Both the position numbers and the translations under genes were made by a program. A model generated the notes under the pieces. The model had not been told where the DNA came from, did not search any database, and worked only from the letters and a program-made list of their open reading frames with translations. Positions 47,401 through 56,400 of a DNA stretch of 64,000 nt are shown here, one piece after another. Each line of letters starts with the position of its first letter. Positions within the stretch are counted from its first letter, which is position 1. The DNA is from a virus (Duplodnaviria; Caudoviricetes). The stretch spans positions 2,384 through 66,383 of the IMG/VR virus record IMGVR_UViG_3300032038_000072, one strand, 5' to 3'.

Positions 47401-50400
47401 GCCCTCGCCCAGCACTTTGTGTGCTGATGCCAACGCGCTTTCTTGTCCGAAGAAATCGTAGAAGCCAAAGCTTCCGCTGTACCTATACTGACCTTGCCCT
47501 TTCGCAGTTTCTGGATTGCTTGTAAGCAGAATGTCGTAAACGCCACTTCCCTGGCGATACAACGGCAGCAGACTCTTGTACGCTTCCTTATCGCTTGTTA
47601 CGATGTAGGCCCAGGTTCCATACTCATGCTTTGCTGCCCAACGCAGGTACCGCATTTTTTGGCCTTCGTCCATCTGCATGAACTCTTCAGGCAGCTGAAT
47701 GATAGACCGTACCTTGTCGCTGGCGTCCGTAAAGAAGACTGTTGTCTTGGACTGGTCTGCCAGCTTCTTTGAAATGTCTACCAATGCCTGCGTCGGTCCA
47801 AGCTTGGTCCCCAGCAGAATGTTAGGAACATCAGCCTTTTCGTCGTAATGGATTTGTGCGTGTTCCGGAATACTAAGCCTGCTTTCGTTTTTGCCTCCTG
47901 TCAGCACATTGCATTCCGTCGTATCGAGAATGATGTGTCCACCAAACCTTACTCCGCTCGGTTCCGCGTAAGATTTTAGGGAGTCTGTCAGGTCGAAATC
48001 AGCTTCGCTTGGTGTAATAACGCCGTCCGGATGGTTGTGCAGCATATAGAACGTGTCCGCCCCGATCCTGCGCATAGTTTCGCGCATCCGTTTTTCGTAC
48101 TTGCGCTCGCTCTCACCTTTGTACTGTGCCTTAACCGTGGCCGGAAAAGCGGCCGTTACTGTCTCGTGATAAATCACCTTGCCGTCTTTAACGTACACGT
48201 AGTGCAGCTTTTCGTAGCCTGGGTGCCGCAGCACCTGCGCAATTTCCGCCAGGTCGCTAATGCTGTTTACTGTTTGTCCGGTCAAGTCGGCATAGCCTTC
48301 GTTAATCAGTTTTCTTGTGAGGCTGAATCCTTTTTCTGTGTACAGCGGCATTCCTCCAACTTGCTCTCCGAGTGGATGCAGTACAGTGTTAGCGGTTGCC
48401 GACGGTTCCTGTCGACTTTCTTTTGTGTGATTTCCTGACGCGCTGTCGAGGATGTCTCCTTCGACTTTTCCGAAGTCAAGCGACTGTCTGATTGCGTACT
48501 TAACATTTTTGCTTACCGCCTTGTCTTTAATCTGTGGATACTTTTCAGCGGCCTCATCGTAAAGCTTTGCCGCTTCTTTTGCTTCTAATCTTCCGGAAGA
48601 TTCATTTCCTTCCTGACCTTCGCTCGGTAATCCCTCAGCTTCAGATGCAGCTGCTCTTTCGCTTCCGGATCTGTCTCGTTGTTCCACGCGTGTCTCAGTT
48701 CCTGATAGTCCGGCCTCTTCTGCAATTCCAAGTTCATCCGCCAATTCTTTGGCAAACTGCTGCCGAAGAAGATTTGTGCTTTCGTCGTAGATTCTTCCAT
48801 CTTTTGCACCTTCCTTGGTTTCTGCAAAACCATAATTGTCTTTGTACGGGAACGCCACATATGCTTCTGACATGTCCGTCTTAAAGTCTGGAACCAACTT
48901 TTTGATTTCGTTCATCAGCTCCTGGTCGTCCATATCAGAAAGGTTGACAATTTCCATCTTTCCATTTCTGGTAGAGTGGCCGCCAACGACCAAGTTTCCG
49001 TCATCATCCTTAATAGTGTATAGCTTGTCGTAAAGTTCGGCAACTTCTTTTTCGCCCCAACCTTTCGGCAGCGTGATAAGTATTTTACCATGTTTTTCGC
49101 CGCCTTCTATTGGAGTAGATGAAACTACCATCATGGAGTTTTGCCACATCACATAGCCCAATCGCTTGCTAACAGCAATTGCATCATTTTTGTCAACATC
49201 AAGGTAAAAGCTTGGGTTTGTGTCCCCTTCAAAACCGCCAATCTGATTCTTTAATGCACCCTCATCAATCTTGTGCAACGCAAGGACTTTTCTGGCATAT
49301 TTCGGACCCAGTTTGTCGTTTATTTCTTGCTTTCTCTCGCGGGACTGCTTATCCCAGGCCTTTTTAAATACTGTGTTGTCTGGGTCTGGCGCAACCTCAA
49401 AATTAACCTGTGCGCGGACGGAATATTTGGTTTTTCCTACTCCGGCTTTGGCAGGTTGTTTTGTTTCCTTATTTTTTCTTCGTACTGATTCATTTTTGCT
49501 GCGATTTCCTTTTTGATCGCCGGATCGGTCTCCTTTCGCCACCGGTTCACCATTCCCTGATAAACCTTGTCCTTCTGCAGGATTAAGTTCAACCGCCAGT
49601 CTTTGGGCAATTGCGCGCCCAATATAATCTTCGCGCTTATGTTGTCCACCCTCTTTCGACTTATCTTCATAACTGTTCTTGTCGAGGATTGTCGCAAATT
49701 CATCTGTGCCGTTTACGTTCAGTTCCGGAACCGCTTTTTTGACGTCTTCCAAAACTGTATCGTCAGACCACTTAGACGTATTGATAATTGTCATCTGCCC
49801 GTCAGAAGTGGAGTGTGTAGCCACAACCGGGTTTCCGTTGTGGTCTGTAATCTTTCCAAGCTTGTTTGAAAGTTCGCTTATTTCTTTTGATCCCCAGCCG
49901 GAAGGAATTTCGATAGACATTGTCTTGCCGGTGGTTCCAAGCACTTCTTTCGTTCCGGTTGCTATAACAGATTCCGGTTCAAACAGCCTGCCAAACATCT
50001 TTGCAACCGCCACTGTCTGCTGCGGGTTGCTAATTTCAACCGTATAGCCCACAGTAAGCTTGCCGTCTTTACTCTGGAAGGAAAGGTCTGGTTTTACATT
50101 ATCCCTAATGTCGAACTCTGCCAGAATCCAGTCCGTCGCAAACTCAAGAGCATTAGTCAATGCCGACTTCGCTTTTGTTCTGTCTTCTTCTTTGTCGCTC
50201 TCAATCATCGACCGAAGTATTTCTGCGTTTTCCTTTCTCAAATACTTGCTCGGGTCAATGCTGAAACCAACAACAAATTTATCCTTCCCACCAGCGCCGT
50301 TGTCGAATGGAGTAATCTTGACGTTAGACCGGTCGTAAGTTCCGGTAAGCGGAACGTCGTCAGGTGTGCTTTCCCACGAGAATTCGTTCAATTGACCGGT

Positions 50401-53400
50401 TCCTTTTGTAGCTATATTATATACCATTTCCCTTACTTTATCAAGAATTTCTTTGGCTTTTGCAGGGTCTTTTAGATTTTTTATCTGTTTGTCTGCTTCC
50501 TTAAACAGATTCGATATCCTGACCTGATCATTGCCCTTGTACGTGATATCCCTATAGGCTACTTCTTCATCGGCGCCAGCCTTAATACGTTCCTCGGCTT
50601 CGATAACGTCTTGTATAAAATTCTCTTGACCGTTCCACTTGTTTTTAATACCGTTAACAAGTTTTTTCTTGTCTAACGGTTTTTTGCTTTTCTTTTTGTC
50701 CTTGTTGTGGTTTTCAACAGTTTTTTCTGCATCTTCAATCAACGAAACAAGCCTCGGCAGTTTCTTCGCGGTTGCCTGTTCCTTCAGGTCCGAAAGAATG
50801 CCTGATATGTCTTTCCCGCTCTCAACTTTTTCCAGCGCTGCGTCGACTAAACCTACTCCAGCTTTTTGTTCTGCTTTAACTTTATCAAGCGCGGCCGCTT
50901 TGTTTTTGTTGCGTTTGAGTCGTGCTTTAGCTTCATCAATCATGCCTGCGATTCTCGACTGTTCTTTTTCGGTCGTCTTCATGTCTGCCGGGAACAGGTT
51001 ACGGATCGCCTCCCACGTGATTGACTGCATCTCTCTCGCGCTTAACGGTCTTCCTTCTCTTTCGCTTATCTCGGCAGCGGCTCTGCGATATGCTTCAAAG
51101 TAAAGCGGATATGTGCCAGAAATACCAATAATGTCGGACCCGCCAGCCGCACCGAAGTTGTCTTCAACAGACGAAGAGCCGCCGCTTGTCGGCTGCATTA
51201 AACCAACGCCGACCGCGTGTGTATCGATTGTAGCGTTTAACTTGCTTTCGGGGAAGCGTATGTTGTTAGAGAAGTTTCTAACCTTGTGCTGCTCGCCCAG
51301 CTGATAGGAAATGTTTTCCCATGTAGGATTAGCCGCAATCGATACAGCCTTTGCAATCGAGCCAAAGTCACCCCATGCCGCTCCCGCGTTTTCTCCCTTG
51401 GACGTTTTTACGTAGTCGCCGGTTCCACCTTCCGGAGTTAGAACCCTGTAGCCCCTGTCATTGTGCGCCTTGTCGAAACATTTGATCCAAATAGCAGCCG
51501 CTTCGTAGTCGCCGGCGTTCAACAGCTGTTTAAGCGTTTTATTTTTTGCACGTTCAAGCGCTTCTCTGTTTTCGTCGCCTTCAACAATCGACTTGTGCGT
51601 TACTTTAACAAGCTCTGTTTTTACAGGTTCTCCGCGCTTTTCTCTTGCAGCTTTATCTTTTTTCGATTCTTTAACAGGTTGTTCAACCATTTCGCTGTAG
51701 CCGTCAGCCTGTTTGGACATTTCTTCCGTCCACGCTTCGTTTGCGTGACCGAATACGCAGTCCAGGATACGTTCCGCAAGAGTCATGTTCGTGAACCAGT
51801 CTTTTTGCGGAGACAGTACAGCAATTATGCCAGCAGAAGCGTGTTCAGAAATGCCGTAGTGTTTCTTCCATTCTTTGGCAACCCTATTGCCACCATCGTA
51901 CCACTTCCTGGCCCGTTCGCGAATGTTTTCAGGAACCTTGTCGTACAAGTATACAATGTTGTCCTTTATTCTGTTTATAATTATATTCGCTGCCTTCTCT
52001 GTGTTTCTTTCAGAAGTAGACAGGCCAGGCAGACTCTTTAATGCGTCCACCAGTTTCTTAAACAACGCCGGGTCTTTCTTTACAGCTTCCAGGTCAGCAA
52101 TCAATCTCTGAGTTTCGCTGTCCTCTGTTGAACCTTTTGCCTTTGTCTGGCGTGTTGATACTTCAGCTGCCAACGGGTTGTTTTTGTAGTCTGTCTTGTC
52201 CTTCGGATTTGCGTATTTAATAGCGTACTTCGCATTGTCGCTTAATGCCGCAGGTTCAAAGTTCAGCTTCCCGTTGGTAACATACGGCCGTCCCGATTTG
52301 TCCTTGACATTTTGCAGAAGCTGTGCTACAGTAATTGAAGGATCGTTATCGTTCGCCGATGCCAGCAATTGTTTGGCGGTGGCAGGTAACGATCCTTTTC
52401 TTGTTAATTGGTAGTACATTGCCTTACCAACAACAAATTCTCCTGCGCTTCCGTCTTTTTCTTTTGCCTGTATGTGGATCGGGTAAATCTTGTCCCCGTT
52501 TTGAACTGCAGTATACAGGTCTACATACCTTGTGTCTGTTCCGTGTACGGCGTCCGGATGCTTTTCAATGTACATTGCATTGTTGAGAATCTCGTCTACT
52601 ATAGCCAAAGCTTTTTGCCGTTCTTCTCTGACAAGGCCTTTGTCAAATTCGTTGGCTCCTGCGCCACGGACGAGATGATCGTTCGGTTTAGACCGTTTGA
52701 TTCTTCCGTTAGGGAGCACCTCTTCATCATACTTTTGTGTAAATCCAATTCCGTCCGACCCTAAGATTCGGAAAGTTTTGCCGATTAAAGAATCCGCAAT
52801 AGCAGCTCTTACGGCAGGGTCTGTCGTATTCGCTCTTGCTACGTTCGTAACGTCAATCACCGGTATCCTTGTGTTGCCGGTGATTTTTTTGTTTGTAACG
52901 AGGAATTTCTTGTCGTTGTTTACGGCGTTTTCCTCTGTAGCAAACCGACCCTTTGCGTCCCGGTTCCAAACCTTACCTTCTTCAATCTGCTGATAGATGT
53001 TGTGTACGTTTTCCGCACCTGTCAGCACTCGCAAAGCCGCGTTGGCAAAGTCTTTAATCTTCTGGAACAGCTTGCCAAACAGCGTACCCTTGTGCTGCAA
53101 ACGGGCCAACAGCCAATCACGATAGCCGTCCGCCATTGCTTCTTCCACATCGATTCCTTTTGCTTCTGCAATCGGTGTGAAGTGTTTCAGCATGGCTTCT
53201 TTTTCCTTGTCCGTCAGCACCCAGTCCCAAATTGTGTGGAACGCTTCGTGGAAGGTCGTACCTCTTCCGCTCTCCTTAGACAGTGCCACCAGGGACCCTT
53301 TATCCAGGCGCCGCGCATAACCTTCAACGGTAATAGGAGTATCGGTATCGGTAAGTCCGTGTTCCTTGCGCGCTTTAGCTTCTTCCTCAGCGTTAAGGAG

Positions 53401-56400
53401 AATTTGGTCTTTGATGTTCACCTTCATCTCCAGACCGTTAGGCATGGTGAAAATCAGGTCGTTACGATTGATCCGGAACCCTTTTGCACCCTTAAACGCT
53501 TTCTTTGCTTCTGTAATCAGCTCGTCCAGAGAACGCTTCAGTTCCTGACCATTCTCTGTGTTGGATGCTTCTTCTACGGACGCAGAGTATTTGGTGGTGT
53601 TTTCAGGAGTTGTATTGTCAATGTCTTCCGCAAAGTGGATTGTAGCTTCCTGCCCGTTAGCCTTCAGCTGGTCGATAAGTTCGTTTATTGAGCGCAGCTT
53701 AAGTGGGCGACGCCCCTCTGCAACAAGTCCTTGGTTTACACGTTCCGTGCGTTTTACTACAGCATCGACACCGTTCTCCATCAATACATTGCCTGGTGTC
53801 AACTTTGCATCATGAAGAGCGAGAGTTCTTAACTCATGATACATCCATTGCAACAACGTACCCATAGTCCCCTTGACTTTTTCTCCAGTATCTGGATCAG
53901 TCCACCCTTCGATACTTGTGTAGTCAAGTTTGTCTCCGTCTGATAGTATCGGAGTGTATGTTTTATCACCAATGGTTATTCTTAAGTTTTCTTTCTTTTT
54001 CTTGTCCCTGGCTACCCACCTTTCGCGCATCTCTTCATAGCTTTCGCCGGTTTGTTTTGAAGTCTCATTGGAGTCTTTCCTGTTCTTAAAGATTTTCGAC
54101 AGTTGCTCGTCAAGTTTTTCTTTTGCTTCTTTTAAACGCCGTGCTGCTTCTTCGTCTGTTATAATTTGGAATTCGCGATCTGCGTTTATATCTTCTACTT
54201 TTCTTTCGTAGGCCTTTTGAGCAGTTGTTGCTTCATCTTCAACCGTTGCATTTTGTGATTTTTTCTGTACGGTATTCGTTGTGCTGATACCTACATTTCC
54301 TTTTTTCAGCTTTCTGGCAAGATCAAGCGCATCTTGGAAGTTAGGTGTTAACCCTACCTGTTCCTTTTTGTTTTCAAGGCTCTTAATGATTTCGTCGATG
54401 CTTAAGAACTCACCGTTGTCGTTCATCTTAATGGCTTCGTACAGTAAGCAACGCAACGGGTTGTCTGCACCTTCGACGGCCTTACCGTCTGTGGATTCCC
54501 AACGCATAATGCCGTCGTTGTTTGCGTTCGATTTGACAATGGTAAGCCTATAGCTTTTGTTTCCAACCTTAACAACGATGCCTTTTAAGCCTTCGTACGT
54601 CTTGCGCAAGGATTCGCTTACAATAATAGGATCGCCTTGGCCGGTAGTAGGAGCTTCCGCTTTCGCTTCCGCCTTGTCAAGCTCTTTGTCAAACTTGTCG
54701 GCAGCAGCCTCGGCCTGTTTTTTAGCTTCTGCAACAGAAACGGTACCTTCTTCAACGGCCTTGTTGGTCTTTTCTAATTCTCCGTTGTAGGTTTGTTCGG
54801 AAGCTGATAATCCTCTCCGAACAGCATCTTTCCCGTCTGCTGTTCTGCCCACATCTGCTGATTGTTCAGGTAGTCCGCTTGCTGCATTTTCTCCTCGATC
54901 GGATTCTTTATTGCGTACGTCCTCATCATTTGCTCGTAGTACCGTTTCGCCTGTTCCGTTCTCATGTCCAGATACGGGTTCAGTCTCCCGTCCTCTACCA
55001 TTTTCTGATAAATTTCCGGACTGTTTTGCTCCAGATGCTTCCGATACTGTTCCCTGGTTATCTGCATTTTTCTTTACCTCAGTCGCCTTAAAAATAGAAG
55101 AACCGCTCTGATCTTCCGTATCAGCGCGGTTTGCTTGCTGTTGTTTTTCTGTTACGCTTCTCTTTCTGCCTTTACTTCCTCGATTACTTCCTCTGTTGCT
55201 TTCTCCAGAGCCGGATTCGAGTCGTCCGTCGTATCCGTTGGATAGTTCCCCGGATTCTCGTAATATTTCTGAATAATCCGCATCCACGGGGAAGCTGTTA
55301 TCGATCCACTCATACCGCTCTACGCCCCTTTCGTCCTTTATCCTTAAATAATTCTTTAAAATTTCGTTGTCAACGGGAATGGTTTCTGTGGGACCTAACC
55401 GGTCTTTCCGTGCGCCATTTGGTAACTGTATTGTAACATATCCATTCGGTTTTTGCAACACCAGTTTGCTTATATTTTTTGGATTGTCAAACCGACCGGT
55501 TTCTTCAAAGCGTTTTGAGATTCGTCTTAACGCTTCATCTGCGGAAACATCAACCAAAGAAAGTGTGACTTCATACGGCTGTATTACATTTTTGTTTGAG
55601 TCTTTCACGCCCTTGTCGTTGTGAAGTTGGGATATTTTCTTCTGTATAGAATCGTAATTCCCACCTATTGTCGGATAGCAAATGTTGTCTCCCTGCTCTA
55701 TTGCGTACATAAACATAGACTTGCTTAAAGCAGAGCTTTCATCGTGTACAATGTCTGCAAGCGCGCCACCATGAAATTCGGGAAGCAGTTTTTTAGCCTC
55801 ATCCGCGTCAATCAGCAGGTATCCTTTGTTGTCGGTTAGGTCTTTGGTTACCGTACTCTTGCCTGCGGCAGGATAACCAATTGCAAGCGTTGCTTTCCTT
55901 TCACGCTTTCTGTTTTGTATCCCAATATTGTACAGATATTCTACAATTCTTGCCTGTAATTTTTTCCGCTCCGGCGTTAACTTTTCGTCTATAGTCCTGG
56001 AAATACCGGTGTCCTTGATAAACTTTTCTTTCAGTGCTTGTGCAACCGCTGCGTTTTCTTCCCGACTCTTCGACTTATCATACACGAACGGATTTTCGTC
56101 TAACCACTTCCGTACTTTTGGACTTAACAGCTTGCGGCCATCGTTTAAGATCAAGCCACGCTTAACCGAATCTTCCATAGCGTAGCGGTTTGCATCGGCT
56201 TCAGCTTGGGTGATTTCTCCACGCTGTAACAGGATGTCAAGCGAGTTGTTGTACTTTTGCATCAACTCATCCGCTTTCTCCTGTGTAAATGTCATGGATT
56301 TTACCGCAGTATCTACCTCGTTTTTAAATCCGTCGAGATGCCTTTTTGCCGGAGTCTTTTTGGTTACTTCAGCTTGGTTCTGGTTTTGCCCACTTTCACC

